From: Gnetum montanum
Taxonomy: Eukaryota; Plantae; Gnetophyta
Direction of reading: 5' to 3'
DNA length: 64,000 bases
Assembly (NCBI GenBank): GCA_015680685.1
Contig: MNCI01001656.1
Span: 62,001-126,000 of the forward strand
Shown: positions 49,227 through 64,000 of the stretch, piece after piece
How positions within the stretch are numbered: the stretch's first letter is position 1
Layout: each line of letters begins with the position of its first letter
Notes under the pieces: model-generated
The model's input: the letters and a program-made list of their open reading frames with translations, nothing else
Databases searched by the model: none
What the model was told of the DNA's origin: nothing
Position numbers and translations under genes: made by a program

Positions 49227-52200
49227 TGTAACATCCCCATTTCCAAATGGTGCTACTACATAACAAAGATGATACATCTTCATAACAAGTGTTATCATTA
49301 TTATAATAAGACCTAAAAGGATAGTTGTAATTGACACCCGAAAGGGTGCATTGTAATAATGAACAGTGTCTTGAGGTAACCTTTGAAGGTTTGACCTAAG
49401 GCATTTATACCCAAGCTTAGAGGTTGTGCAAGCATGGAGAGGCCAAGCCAGTATAGGCAAGTTACAAGGGCTAGATGAAGTAGGATAGGAAGTGGACTAG
49501 CCATTCTTTCTGGCCGATTAGTAGGCCTAACCATGGTGGTAGTGCTAGTTTGCCTCTAAAGGATAGATGCCAAAGGAAGAAAATCCTAAGAAACACTCTC
49601 AAAGCATGATCTAGATATAATATTCCATATCAATAAAGCATTCTTTTCTTTCTCTTTATGCACTTTCTCTATTCTTTCTTTTATGCTTAATGTCAAATGT
49701 TACATATATCTTCTTACACATAATGTCTAATATAATGTATATTTGACATTTTCCATGACATCTAGGAATGGGATGTCACATTTAGTATTACAACAAACCA
49801 TGAGTTAGGATCCAAAGTGGAAAAAAATATTATATTATTATTATTATTGTAGAATAGAAGTACATCCAAGTAGAATACATGTAAAATAAGAAGAAAAACA
49901 TAAGAATAGGGAATATGTCAAATAAAAGAAATAAGGAAACACAACAATGATCATTTATTTCAATAAAATGACTCAAGGATATCTGAGACTATCTTCAATT
50001 GTGCTTTCCATTCTTCATCAGTGGCATCCTTTTTGTTGAGAACTACCTTGCATCTTGCCAACCCATTACATGATTACTTGATGTACATAGTAGCACTCTT
50101 TGTTGCAACTGTTGATTCCTCCTTTCTCTTATGTTGGGTGTCTAGCATTTCCACCTAAATTGATCGATTGTCCATGCATTTTTGTCATTATTTCTCTTTC
50201 CTTTGCATAAAACAAGATTAAAATTATGACTTATGAATAAAAACATCTAAAAGAAGACAAGAAAAAGGGAAGAGAAAAGAATAAGAACTACTTACTCAAG
50301 CCAATTGTTATCAATTTGAAGAAAATGTTTTCAAGTTTGTAGATGGTGAGCCAAACATGTATCACTCTCTAATTCTCCTAAGAGTTGCTTCAAATCTTTC
50401 ACAACTTATGGAGAATGCTTGGGAATTAGATGGAAATATGATGGAACATCAACCTATACTAATTTGTAGTCTTCCTTGAAATCACATGATTAGGACTCTA
50501 GTATGTGGTAGATATCCTTGAAAAATGAGTATGGTTTTTTCCTATCAATTTGTTGACCAAGATGCCGAAGAAGCATGAGTTCATCTTCAATAGCCACCAC
50601 CATCTATCCTAGTAAAAAGTGCGAACCTAAGATAGAGAAAGAATGAATTATAGAAATAAATCTAGGAGATGGTGTCAATGTCACTTGTGGTAAGGAATCC
50701 CTTAGAGGGGTCACATGAATAGATGGCACACGTGATGATCTAGATGAAGAAATGAAAGATGAAGAAGTGGAAGTTTGTTCAGAACTTGTGCCTATAGTAT
50801 CATCTCCCTTCATTTCTTGATTGAAGTACCTTTGACCCATAGAGATTTGAAACACAAAAAAAATTTCAACATCATATAAGAAGAGGAAAAGGGAAGTATT
50901 CAAACCTTAAAATAACTAAAAACCACCTATGATTCCTTTCCCTTATCCTATATTATACCTTTTTTGGGCTTTTTATTGGGCTTTTCTCTTATAACTACTG
51001 GGTTGCTAGAACCTTGCCTAGTATGTTGCTCTTTAAAGAGAAATTTATTAGAAAAGCAAGTAAAATAATAAACTAGAATATTATTTAAATATATATATAT
51101 ATATATATATACCTTGAAGCTAGTAAGTTTGATTTATTCTTGAAGCAAGGCCCTTCCAAAGGTTGAAGCACCTTCAACGGATGAAGTACCTTGAACATCT
51201 TCAATTTATGTACCTTCAATTTGAGCACCATGGATTGGTCAATTTTGTAGGCTAAATTGCACTATCACATACATAAAAAGACATAAGTAACAACAATATA
51301 TATATATATATATANACTTAGGATTAAATGCATGACTAAGGGTATAAAACATATGGTATAGGGTTTATTAGAATTTCTTTAGGTAGTATCAACTCCATTC
51401 ATGGAATTATATAGGGTAGAAAAACAAGAGAATGACCAATCATACACTCTGCCAATTATGAAACCATGAAGTATATAAATCAAATGGTCCTTAACATGAC
51501 TTTGGTATTGATGCCATAAAAATTTACTATGAATGAATTAACAAACCTCAAAGTGAACTTTATTAATGAAAACTCCATAAAGAAATTGGATTTTGTAGAT
51601 AGCGGAATCACTAACATAATTGGATAATATTTTTGGCAAAATAATTTAAATTTAGGAGAGAAAACTGATGGAATTAAAGGATCATTCCCATAGTGAAAAA
51701 CAAAAACTATTCAAATACCCATAGGAATAATTGTTACTGATCCAAAATTAATTATAAAGTAGAACTTCCACTTTTATTATACTGATTGTACCATTCAATT
51801 ATTAAGCCTTTGCAATGTGATGTCTTGAAAATAAGAAAGATAAGTAATTTAGAAAATCTTGAAGATTTCAGATACTGAAACTCCTCCTTTCTAAGTAAAC
51901 TATGCACACAATTGGAAGTAGCAATTACATTATTTTAATGCAAAACAATGGACATCGAGTTGGAGCTATCTTAAGGAGATACAAGGGCTTCAACTTTGAC
52001 GAGGAGTTGGAGATTGCCTATTATTTCTACACCATGGCACCTACCATTGCTATGCATTGTCAATGTCGACAACTCCATACATAATAGGCATCTCCAATGC
52101 TCCATGAGCATCAACAACATCATCCATAATAGGCACCTCCGATGCCTTATGGATACTAATAGAGCTATTGATAATGGACACCTATTAGGGCCCATGCCAC

Positions 52201-55200
52201 CAATGGCATTGCCCATAATGGACACCCTTGGCACCCTATAAGCATCGATGGTATTGCCCATAACAAGCACCTTTGGCATCCTACGGTGCCAACAATCATG
52301 GCCACCTCAACATCCACCAACATTGAAAAATCCCACACTAGAAATGTGGGTATGGCTATCATCCTATCCATGCTAGCCCCTTTTAGGGCCACATCGGCCC
52401 CATTTCAGGCTATGCAAGCCCTAGGAAGGACCACATAGCTAAGGAACAATATGGTCTAATGGATAAAACAGCAACCACCACTTCATAATCCTTTGTTGAT
52501 GCATCTAGCCACCTAGCAACCCAGGTCTACTACCAGCACTTCCTTCACTATCACAAATAAGCCAAAAATAATAGCTTCACCATCCTTGTTGCCACTATCA
52601 ACACAAGTGCTCCTACCCTGGAATAGCCCATTGCTGAGGGTAGATCTCCAATGCATGTCATCACCTATCCCTATGGCCATCAACCTACTCCTGAGATTGC
52701 CATTCCTACCATTTCTACATGGCCATTACTATCATCGTCCTTGCCATTTGACAAAAAATTCTTCGTCAGCAGATGGAAGATTCAAATTTTCCATCAACAA
52801 ATGGAAAATTCAAAATTTCTATCATGAAGCCATTAGTTTAAATTAAGAATTCATAGAAATAATTTGACATAGTGGTAAAAGGTAAGATAAAAATTTCTTA
52901 ATTAAGCATGCTTGTCTTGGAGTAGTACTTTGATGGGTAACATCTCGGGAAGTCTTGATTTTCATGCCAAAAGGTTCTAAACTCCAAAAGCCATAATTTT
53001 TAATTTTTAAAGTCTTTTTCTATGAATGAAGAGTTTTCTTCTATAGATTTCAACCTTCCAGACATAATGGTAAAGTTAGATCTATCTCAAATAATCTCAA
53101 AAATTAGTTTTCCTGCTTTACCAATATAGTACTTGAACACCATCAAAAGTTTAATTTTAGCATAACTCGAGCATACGATATCCTTTCTCAACATATGAAT
53201 AGTCATTTCCAACATTTTTCACCCTTCTAAAATCAATGGTGAGGTTAGATTTATCATCTAGGAGCCCAATAATTTAATGATATTATGAAATTGTGCCTTA
53301 AAGTTAACATAAGGATAAATAATGATGCCTTCTTGGAAAAATAACCTTTGTAGATAGCCTTAAGATCTCTATGGCATGTTATTAGTTACATTGCCAAAGT
53401 CAATGTCTTAAAGGGAGTAGAAAGATCATTAAGAATTAAGATAATTTCATCAAATATTACTAAAATTAGATAATTCAGTTAATGTAGTTAGATAGTTAAT
53501 ATTACTAAAATTAGATATTGTAGCTAAATATTACCAAAATTAGTTGAATAATAAGTTGATGTATCAATATCAGTCAATGAATTAGTTGACAAATAAAAAT
53601 GATCAAGACAAGGTATATTAATTCATTTTGCAATTAAAACATATGGAAAAATAACATGGATACTCAAAATCTTGTTTTAACAAGGTGTATGATAGCTATA
53701 AGGAGAAATGATCCAGAGGAGCATCCAAGAATGAGAATGAAAGTTGCAACATACAACGTGCTTGCAAGATCCCTAGTGATTGAGAAAAAAACATTTGTTA
53801 TGTCCACCATGGGCCTTGGATTAACATGAATATTGATACCCACACATCTTAGCAGAATTACAAGATTTGTATGCTAATGTTTTATGTTTACAAGAAGTCT
53901 TTCCATGAGAATTTCTATACCAATTTTAACCAAATTTGAAAAAGATAGNNNNNNNNNNNNNNNNNNNNNNNNNNNNNNNNNNNNNNNNNNNNNNNNNNNN
54001 NNNNNNNNNNNNNNNNNNNNNNNNNNNNNNNNNNNNNNNNNNNNNNNNNNNNNNNNNNNNNNNNNNNNNNNNNNNNNNNNNNNNNNNNNNNNNNNNNNNN
54101 NNNNNNNNNNNNNNNNNNNNNNNNNNNNNNNNNNNNNNNNNNNNNNNNNNNNNNNNNNNNNNNNNNNNNNNNNNNNNNNNNNNNNNNNNNNNNNNNNNNN
54201 NNNNNNNNNNNNNNNNNNNNNNNNNNNNNNNNNNNNNNNNNNNNNNNNNNNNNNNNNNNNNNNNNNNNNNNNNNNNNNNNNNNNNNNNNNNNNNNNNNNN
54301 NNNNNNNNNNNNNNNNNNNNNNNNNNNNNNNNNNNNNNNNNNNNNNNNNNNNNNNNNNNNNNNNNNNNNNNNNNNNNNNNNNNNNNNNNNNNNNNNNNNN
54401 NNNNNNNNNNNNNNNNNNNNNNNNNNNNNNNNNNNNNNNNNNNNNNNNNNNNNNNNNNNNNNNNNNNNNNNNNNNNNNNNNNNNNNNNNNNNNNNNNNNN
54501 NNNNNNNNNNNNNNNNNNNNNNNNNNNNNNNNTTACTCCCATCAGTTTATAAGGTTAATCAAGATCACAAAGTATCTCACTCTTATTTTTATTACTAAAT
54601 CCTATTATTTTCTTATTTGTTTAATTTATATTTTAATTAGATAAGTAAAATATCTAAGGTAATGGAAGTTGGGAATAAAGGATTTGCCTTGCCTTCACTT
54701 AGGTAACTAGATTTGAGTTGCACTTTATGTGATCTTGGTTAGGATTGGTGATTAATGGTTGGTAGATGTTTAATTTACCTCTTGTCATTATCCTAAGAAA
54801 TGAAGTAAGTATTAAGAAATTAACATTTAATTTTCCATATATTTTTCTCACATATATCTTGTTTATACAATAAGCAAGAGACAACTTCAAGTTTAAAAGA
54901 GAAATCAAATTATTGGAACATAGGAGCATAACAGAAGCATTAGAGCTAGAAAAGGATAGTAAACATGGACTTGTTTGAGGAACAAAAAAATCCAAGGGGG
55001 GTATATTGTAATGTCCCCATTCCCAAATGGTGTTGCTACATAACAAAGATGATACTTCTTCATAACAAGTGTTATCATTATCGTAATAAGACCTAAAAGG
55101 GTAGTTGTAATTGAGACTTGAAAGGATGCATTGTAATAATGGACATGTCTCTTAAAGTAACCTTCAGGGATTTGACCTAAGGAATTTATACCTAGGCTTA

Positions 55201-55580
55201 GAGGTCATGCCAACATGGAGTGGTGAAGCTAGTATAGGCAAGCCACAATAGCCAGATAAAGTAGGATAGGAAATGGACTAGCCATTCCTTCTAGATGGGT
55301 AATAGGCCTAACCATGGTGGTAATGTTGGATTGGCTATAAAGGATATATGCCAAAGTAAAAGAATCCCAAGAAACACTCTCAAAGAATGATTCGAATACA
55401 CTATTCCATATTAGTAAAGCATTCTTTTCTTTCTCTTTAAGAACTTTCTCTATTATTTCTTTTACACTTAATGTCAAATATTACATATATATGATGTTTG
55501 GTATATTTTCTTCTTAAACATAATGTCTAATATAACATATATTCAATGTTTGTAATGACATCCACGAATGGGATTTCACA
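49227..55580 (+). mobile_element. Element I: apparently non-autonomous LTR retrotransposon (LTRs 49227-49780 and 55007-55580)
   Basis: Direct repeats TGTAA..CCCCAT...GGGATKTCACA; TSD ACAGA/AAAGA; PPT AAGGGGGG before 55007; decayed Met-like PBS TAGTATTACAAC. No gag/pol motifs recognised. Includes an N gap. Confidence 0.8.
53949..54532. other. Assembly gap (N run)
   Basis: 584 Ns. Confidence 1.
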
Positions 55581-55949
55581 AAAGAAAATGAGAAGGATAA
55601 GAAGAAACTTTCTTTCTTGTGCTTATTCAAAAAACTTTGCATAAGGGGTGGGATCATGTGCTAAATGAAAGATAAAATCCACATGATCATTATAATATCA
55701 TGGTAAGAAATAATAAAGGAGAAGTCACCCTTGATACATCAAGAGGAAGAAGCAACACCTTTGTTAACCAAGAACATAATAATTGCAAAACATGCAATAT
55801 AGGATTTCCAAGAATCTTATCACTAAGCTAATACATCATTATTAGAAAAGAATAAATTAAAAATCAAAAACTAGAAATTTTTATTACATCTAAGAAATCA
55901 CAAAGAATTTGGATGGCTTCAAAGCCTCAATATATTTGCAAAGAAAGTT

Positions 55950-57275
55950 GAAAACATCACTAATGTAATGACCTAAGAAGATATGATCAATTTGAGAAAA
56001 AACAATCAATATATTATATTGAATATCATAATTCATTAAACATGAGTCAAAATAGGAAAAATAAACATATATGTTCTTCATCCTCAATGCTTTTTTTGCA
56101 TAGTTGCAAATATGCACTTCTCTTAGTAAATTGATTCAACAGTGTATCTAATCAAGGAGATTATGAGAGTTCAATCTTTCTTTTAGTAATTTGATTTATT
56201 AAAAAATAGAAATAGCTAATAATAGATGCTTTTTAGTACTATAAAACAAACTTTATCTAACATAATGTAAATAAAAATGCTTATTTGCCAATGTGTTCAG
56301 CCAAATTTTAACTAAGATTTTTTATTTTACAATTTTTTGGAAGATTCTCCATTATAACATTTCATGATTGAAGCCATAATTTCCTAACCATACATTTTCT
56401 TATGTAGCATTCATTATCTTCTTAACATAATTGACTTCATTTATGTGACTTCACTTATGACTATAAGTAATAAATGAACAAATGGCTTTAACTTTAAGAG
56501 GAAGCAAATTTTCTTCTAGAAGTATGATATCATAAGCAGCCTACATTTTGACTTGAAATTCACATACAAGAAGTTGTTGTTGAATATGCTCTAATTATGT
56601 ATAAAAAGAGAAGGTTCCCATGGAATAGATCCACATAATAATATGAGTTAAAGAAGGCTACAAAATAATTTTCTTATGATCTCCCATGCCAAAATTTATT
56701 TCCTATTTTAATTATTTCTTAGAGAAAATAAAGCTTGCATGTCACTTAAAGCCTTTTGAGTAATAAGGATATTTTAATAATAATTACTAATAAATTAAAC
56801 TTCCAAATATGTAAAACATTTATAACTTATAAGTCTTTTACTTATAATAAAAAATTGTAATTTCTATTTATAGGAAAAAAAATTAGAATTTTAGTTTTAT
56901 CAATATTGACTTTCATTCCAGAATGGTTCTAGTAGTCATGTAGGATCTGAACTATGTCACACAATCATGTAGCTATATTTACAATCAAGGGTACATCATC
57001 TACAATTGAAGTAATAATTCAATTTTTGACATGACATAATTAGAAGCATTTAGTATTCATTCATCTTATTCATTTAGAAATATTTTAAAATAGGTAGGGG
57101 ATAGAGAACAACCTTGTTTAACTCCTATTGAGCTATTATTTACCTATCTTATAGATATTTTTATTAATAGATTGCAATTATCATGGAATTTTAACACTAT
57201 CTAATCTCTTCCAAAGTTTATATCAAAAAATAAAAGTATAAGCCTTGAAAAAATCAATAAAATAAATATAGTCTT
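55950..57275 (-). mobile_element. Decayed LINE (RTE-type) ORF2 fragment: RT and C-terminal Cys/His region
   Basis: Minus strand FIDFFKAY...KLWKRL, IGVKQGCSLSPTYFKIF, VDD, GMKVNIDKTKIL, FTYL, CIF..IEDEEH. Truncated by the LTR at 57276. Confidence 0.8.
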
Positions 57276-59950
57276 TGTTGATATTAACCCTACCATGCTA
57301 GGATAGGGCTAGAGAAAAGAAGAGAGGATCTTTGCAATTTTCTCTACCTGAAACCACAAATGTATGTACCCTAGAGCTGTCATCAAACTCAAAAAAAAAA
57401 AGAAAAAGAAAAAAAAAAGACCATTATCCCATTTAGTGATTTCCTACCTATTCCTTTCATGCTCTTAGACTAGTTTAGGTACCTTCAAGTTGAAGAAGAG
57501 GACCTAAGCTACAAGTTGTAGTTATTTTTTGGATTTCCAATGGTCCAGCAATTCCAATGCAAGGATCTGATGAAGGAGGCTTATTGGTTGGAGGTATGAG
57601 TTAGAAAAATACTCCAGCAAGCTACGTATCCAGTGGCAGAGATTTAGAGCTCTATATTGAGCTAAGTCTTTTGTTGCAACCTTGTGATCTATTATTCCAA
57701 GAGCTATGAACTTTAGTCTTTGTTGTGTGTTTAGTTATTTGCAATTAAGAGAAATAGTTTAATTACAAAGCATTTTGTTTATATTAAAAGTTCATGTTAT
57801 TTTCTTTTCAAGTTATCCATTATTTTCTACACTCAATTTCAGAACTTCTTTAATGAACAGTTACTTTATTTAATATTCCTCCCCAAGTTATTAATTTATT
57901 TCCTAACTTTTACTTTGCAAATGACCTCAGATTCATTCCCAAAAATCACAAACACTACTTTGACATTTTATTATTATTATTGTTCAACCACTAAGTTTAA
58001 TTTTAAAATTATTTTATTTTAAAATTATTAGCATTATTAAATGTAATGGTTTCTATCTATTAAAATTCCATGTTGCCTTCAATAGGTGAGACTATTTCTA
58101 GGTTTCTATACCCATACAAGAGGCATCCTAGACAATAGTCTCTTAAATTGAGTTTTCCAAGGGCGTTACTATGTGATGCATATTGACACATCAACATCCT
58201 CATTTTGGCACTAGAAGGGGAATCATTTCTATTTTCTAAAACACTAGTTTTTCTATTAGTTATCTATTTTCAATTTCTATTTATGTTTTTCAGTTTCTAT
58301 TTTCTTTTAAGCTTACCTAAACCTTCATTGGCCTATGTTTGTTTCCTATTTTTGTTGACAGTTATCTAGTTTTCAATTATTATGTTCATTTTTATGAAAC
58401 TATTGTTTTCTTATTTTAATTTCTCTGAACTTTTATTTTCATTTTTCAATTTTCTCAACCTTTCTTGCTTTCATTTTCCTATCTCTATTTTCTTATTCTT
58501 GTTTCCTGAAAACTTTGTTTTTCCATTTTAGTTTTCTATCTCTATTTTTTAAATCATTACCTTAGATTTAACTTTGGTAAGGTGGTTTTCATTAATAACA
58601 TCATTTTTTTTAAAGTTTACCTTCTTTTTTAAAATTTTGTATTTACTATTTTTCTTTAAAATTATATATATATATTGCAATTTTAGTTTTTCTTCAAAAA
58701 AATAATAATATATAAATATTTTCCTATTTTCTCTAATTTTTACAGTTTACTAGCATTTCACACTTCCTGGTCTTTTCATTTTATGAGACAATCTTCCCAT
58801 AGAATGTCTCAACAAAGATCTTTTACCCTTGTCCCTAATCGACTTGCTATCCATTATTTTACCTTAAGAAGATAATGGGCTCTACATTTTCCAAACTCTA
58901 TCCCAAGAAGGATTTGAACTAGGATGGTAGTCAATCCACCCTTAGATCCTTTGGTTAAAAATCCCTTTAATTTTACAAATTATCACAACATTCCAAACAC
59001 ACTATAAAATGTTAATTTGTTCTTTAATCCTACATCCTTCAATAGTGATGCACGACAACATGTAGAATGCTTTGAGAATTTTCTAGGCATCTACAATAAT
59101 ATTGAAAATGACATAGTGTGTAGAGTCTTTGTGACTACTTTTAGAAGTAAAGCCATATAATGGTTTTTAATGCTTCCTAATTCTTGTATTAATTCATGGT
59201 GTGAATTTAACAATAAGTTTCTACTTCAATTTGATATGTTCACTAGTCCTACCTTAGCCTCAAGTAATTTTACAAGTATAAGAAAACTACCCAGGGGAAA
59301 CATTTGTGACTATTATTTAAGATTTCTCCATCAACTACCTTATGTACCAAATGAGATGTGTTCACAACCTAATGGTATCCTCAATTTTTACCTCTCCACT
59401 ATCAATCCATTCTTTGCCTATGTCATCAAATCTAATTACAACATAATAGAGCTCTAAGGAGTAATGATGAAAGCTATTTAGGGAGAGCAAATTACCTTAA
59501 TGAATAGCATTCAAACTCAATTTGAGATGATGAGTATTAGTAATCCTATGCAATCTAGTTCCTTAATATCACAAACTATTCCAATGAATAATACTATGTT
59601 TCAAATGCCTACATTCCTCCAAATGCCTCAACCTACAAATAATTATTTTTCAAATTCCAACACATTCTTCATTTTTACCATCAAATACAGGTTTCAATGA
59701 TGATCAATCGAAAGCTTTAATTCAATCCATCATAAATCCAAATTAAATTATCTAATCCTAATGGATCTACTAATCAAATAGAAAATCAAATAAAGCATAT
59801 ATTAACTTCTCTTCAAAAACTTTCCAATGAAGTAGATGAACTAAAGTGAAGTGATATTAAAATTCCTATACAATCTAAAAAACTAAGCACATCAATCAAT
59901 GATGATTATTGTTACCTTCATAATGCTAGGCAACAATCTAAGAAAGCTTA
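57276..59950 (+). mobile_element. Element F: 5' part of a tRNA-Asn-primed Gypsy element (LTR 57276-58196, PBS 58206-58220, decayed gag ~58800-59950)
   Basis: LTR termini TGTTGAT...ATCAACA; PBS TGGCACTAGAAGGGG; gag QHVECFENFLGIYNNIENDIVCRVFVTTFRSKAI*WFLMLPNSCINSW. Confidence 0.8.
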
Positions 59951-62900
59951 AACTCAATTTTTTGCATTATATGGGTCTTTTTTATCTTTTCTTTTTGAGG
60001 AAATGAAAATACTAATTCTATAGTGGTCAGGGCACAACTAATAATGTAGGAAAAAATTAAGAGAATCCATGAAAACAAAACATGGTGGAGTAATCATCTA
60101 AAAAATGACAAGCAAAGAAAGCTGGATAACACAATTCATGTTTGACGAACCGCAATATTGGGACCTCGATATTGTGGACATGATATTAGGTCTGCGATAT
60201 CGGTTCCAACCATGCGATGTCAGATACCTGATATTGGGGCCTGTCTCCTTGCCTATAAATAAGTGGCAACACCCTTGGTTTTCATATTAGATAGCTAGTC
60301 CCTTAGCTAAACTCTTGTCATTTTCCCCTTAGAGTTAGAATTATTCTGCATGCCCATAGTAGGAGTCATAGAGTAAATGGATCTTTATTCAAACATTGTG
60401 TACATGAGCACACTTCGTGTATGACAATAAAGATGAACTTTATGATAAACCTTGCAGCATTTAGAATAGATTAATTAGCGTTAATTATTATTTAATGCTT
60501 TCCTAGTTGATTAATGATTTCTCTCACCCTACAACTCTCTTAGTTAAATACACTCAGTACGACTGCTTCACGCATGCGTATAGCGCTTGGTGTTAGGAGT
60601 AATTAGAACTTAGTTAATGAGTAGTTAAATTAGATTAGTTACTTAGTTATCTCTCTCCCCCTCCTTACTAGTGTAGGCTATAAAACACATAAAAGCTATA
60701 AAAATCATATGCCTCAAGCTTACTTAACCATACAACTGTGACATACAAGTAAGTTTGGGAAGATAATGATTAACCAACCTGTTATTATTCCACAAACGTG
60801 CATAGGCACTTAGTCCTTGGAATTCGACTAGATCGTGCGTGAAACACTCATATTTGTATGGTTGAGTGTAGGGGTACCTTGTCGCTTATCATTGAGATTG
60901 TTGTTGGGGACTTAGTTGTTTGTGCGCTAAGTAGAACTTAGGAAATCATTCACATCATTAGAACAAACCCTTAGGGTTGGTTAAGGAAATGATAATAGTA
61001 CATTGCACACTAAACAAGACAAGATGTCTTCTTCTTTGCACTAAAGCACTTCATCACCTAAGACTAACACAAGAAGCAATCAGTGGCATGATACACATGA
61101 TGTTGATCTACCAATCCATCAATAGTTTCGTGTGGTATATATTCATCCCGATGAATATATACCTGACTTCATCTTTATTCTCCATCAAGATGAACAACTA
61201 CATTGGTGTGACTTGGAAGGTAACATAGTGTTACCTCTCAATCGTTTAGTCCCAAGCATGCTTCTTCGTGCTCTCACACAAATAGGCAAGCAACACTTAC
61301 ATCTAGAATACATTGCATAGGACTATGATTTGAGAGACTATAATCCCACAAAGGTGCAACGTCAAAGGGATTTGCAATAAGAGAGACACCATAAGTCTTT
61401 GAAGGAAAAATGGTCCAAGGATGCCCCCCACATTTTAAGCAAAATTGAGGGTAATGAACCTACCTTAGATAGTTGCCCACATAATGATATTCCTCCCCTT
61501 GACTTTGGCCAAGGGATTATGTATCAGAACCTTCATTCTACTATTCATAACCTAGGTGCTGATACCAAAGGACACAAAGTGTCTGAAAAAGGAACAAGGA
61601 CACATGAGAAAAATGGGCATTTTGATTGCAATCATGATCGAGGCAAAGAGTACTAAAGAGAAGGTAGTAGATATCATCATGGTGGTGGTTCTCCTTCTTC
61701 ACCTTCATCATCTCCTCCACCCTCTCCTTCAGTGTCTGGATGCAGCCATAGAGAAAACGATTGTGAGGATAATGACAAGTAAAGTGGAAGTCATAGAGGA
61801 AATAGCCAAGATAGAGGACAAGGACACTCTAGGGAATCATGACATAGTAGAAGGAAGAGTAGGGAACAACGTAGGCTTCATAGATGCCATGAACAAGACG
61901 ATCATGATGAACCCCTACTCACTACTCAAAGCATGCTAGACATAACTGAGGTTGTGAGAGTTGCAACAAGGCACCAAAGAGATAGTAGGATCAAAGGTTA
62001 GATATGAATAACATCCCACGATTTGAAGGGGGATATAACACTGATCCTCAAAATCACTTACAAGCATTTCATGATGTGTGTGCCTTGAAAAACATATAGA
62101 ATGAATTGCAAAAAATTAAGTTATTTCCACAGACACTAGTAAAAGAACCTGAAAGCTGGTACCGGTCCTTAGAACTGGAATCCATTCATAGGTGGAATAT
62201 TATGTTAGAATTGTTCAATGATAAGTACCAAACATACTCTTAGTTGTCTAACCTATGAAAGAAAATCCAAGGATGAAAACAAGGAAGTCATGAACCTTTG
62301 GATGCTACCATGGGCTGTTATTATGCACTCTTACATCGTTGTCCTAGACATGGTTATTCACAATGGGATCAGCTACACCATCTTGTAGATGGGTTTAGGC
62401 ATGAAACGAGAAGAACCCTTGGGAATTATACCTAAGGAAGGATATCTGAGCTTAGGTCCAATCAAATTTATAGAATACTGGAGCAAGTTGCTAAGGAAGA
62501 AGGTGAGCTACAAAAGAGAAAGAGTGGAGAAGAATATAATCAAGATCCTTCCCTTCAGAAGAAGGGAGTAAGATTTTGTGAGGATGAGGAAGAGTCACCA
62601 CTCAAAGAGATGGTGAATAGGAAATCCTTGCCTATCCAAAAGTTAACATCAAAAGTATCAGAAAAGGTAGACCAAATGTGGGACTCTCTAGATAGTAGGT
62701 TTCAAACTATTCTCAAAATAGTAGAGGAGTCTAAAGAGCAATGTAGTGATCATGACAAAAGAGAAACATCCATTTATATTTGGTCGACCAGTCCATCACT
62801 GTTCCCTTGGGATTAGTGGAGGATATTGTTACCACTGTTTGTGGATGGTTGTATCCATTTGACTTCCTAGTGATTCAAGTGAATAACAGTAAGGGGGATT

Positions 62901-64000
62901 TACCAATCATAATGGTAAGGGCATGACTAAGCACTATCAATGTATGCCTAGGAATCCACGATCTTTCCCTAGAAATATCTACGGAAAATACTTTTGGAAA
63001 GATCAAGAAGAAGAAAGTTTCATGCATCGCATATAGTGACACAGGGTGTAATTACGTGCAAAGATCATGGGTTATGCAAATTTTAACATTGCTTGCATGC
63101 AATTAGTGTGCACAAGTGATCAATATACAAAGGTGCCTATATGCATCAGCCACATGACAAGAAGGCACCCAGTGGCTGATAGCTGATCAAGAATTTAGCT
63201 CACTTATATGCATGCAACTAACTGAGGGTTTGACTTGCACTTACATAGATAGCATAGATGCATTAGAGCAAGTCCACTGCCAACTTCCAAGTCCTAACCT
63301 TGAAAACATCAACTAGGGGAAGTTGAAAATTCCTAAGAAATTTAAACAGGAGCCCCTAAAGCTAAAATCATTGCCCACCGGTATGGAGTACATGTTCCTT
63401 AAGAATGGAAAATTGGTAATCATCAATGCAAAACTTACTCCACAACAAAAAGAGAGTCTTCCTAAGGTAATATACAAGTGGTCAAAAGCCTTTTCCTAGT
63501 CATATATGAAATTAACTGGAATAGATCCTAGGATATGCTAGTATAGGATTTACACTAACTCCTCCATGAAGTCTCGAAAATAGCCACAGAGGTGATTGAA
63601 CCCAAATTTGAAGCAAGTAGTAAAAGAAGAAATCAAATAGCTTCTAAAGGCTAGGTTCATATATCCCATTGCTGATAGTATATGGGTTAGCCCCTTAGTA
63701 ATCATGACTAAAAACGGAGGTAAATGGAGGATGTGCATAGATTTTAGGCTACTAAACATGGCAACATTCAAGGATCACTTTCTGTTACCATTTTTTGACC
63801 AAGTCTTAGACACAATCGTAGGGCATCACTATTATAGTTTTCNATTGTATCTGCTATATCCATCTAGAAAACTATAATAGCGATGCCCTNTAGTCCTTGG
63901 GGAATGTTTGCATACAAACAAATGTTGTTTGGCTTGTGCAATGCCCCTGCAACATTTCAAGGCTTAGTTCTAAGCATATTCTAGTAGTAGATGGGAAATG
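59950..64000 (+). mobile_element. Element G: Athila-like Gypsy element (LTR ending 60891, start uncertain; decayed Asp PBS; gag, partial protease, RT running off the window)
   Basis: Gag DPQNHLQAFHDVC...KIKLFP...LHRCPRHG; PR tail VPLGLVEDIV..YPFDFLVI; RT LNPNLKQVVKEEI..IYPIADSIWVSP..WRMCIDFR..KDHFLLPFFDQ. The LTR/PBS junction is homologous to element D. Confidence 0.85.

Noticed and set aside
53874-54598. Three ~220-aa ORFs in the ORF track
   Set aside because: Artefacts of the N gap.

Overview
This window is land-plant heterochromatin made almost entirely of nested, decayed retroelements; no intact host gene is visible. Bases 1-40.9k hold three related Tat-type Ty3/Gypsy LTR retrotransposons with domain order RT-RH-aRH-INT. 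Element A (1085-18278, minus, TSD GCTGG) sits inside the 5' LTR of element B (48-36465, plus, TSD ACACG/ACACA). B in turn sits inside the integrase of a 5'-truncated element C (minus). A and B share an unusual layout: gag-protease and RT-RH-aRH-INT are separated by a 5.5-6 kb spacer. That spacer carries an antisense gene of at least 7 exons and about 1,000 codons, with intron positions conserved between A and B. The product has an FCP1/NIF (HAD) phosphatase-like domain with degenerate catalytic motifs, a PMD/plant-transposon-protein-like domain and a coiled coil. The elements also carry arrays of a covarying stem-6nt-loop-stem+AAAC motif after both sense stop codons, a conserved PPT/U3 hairpin, splice acceptors just before the RT ATG, and (in A) a 28-nt tRNA-Asn PBS that includes the whole T-arm. 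Bases 40.9-64k contain older relics: two Athila-like elements, a Tekay chromovirus 3' end, a non-autonomous LTR element, an RTE-type LINE and a further tRNA-Asn-primed gag. All family and domain calls are by motif recognition and manual translation, without database searches.
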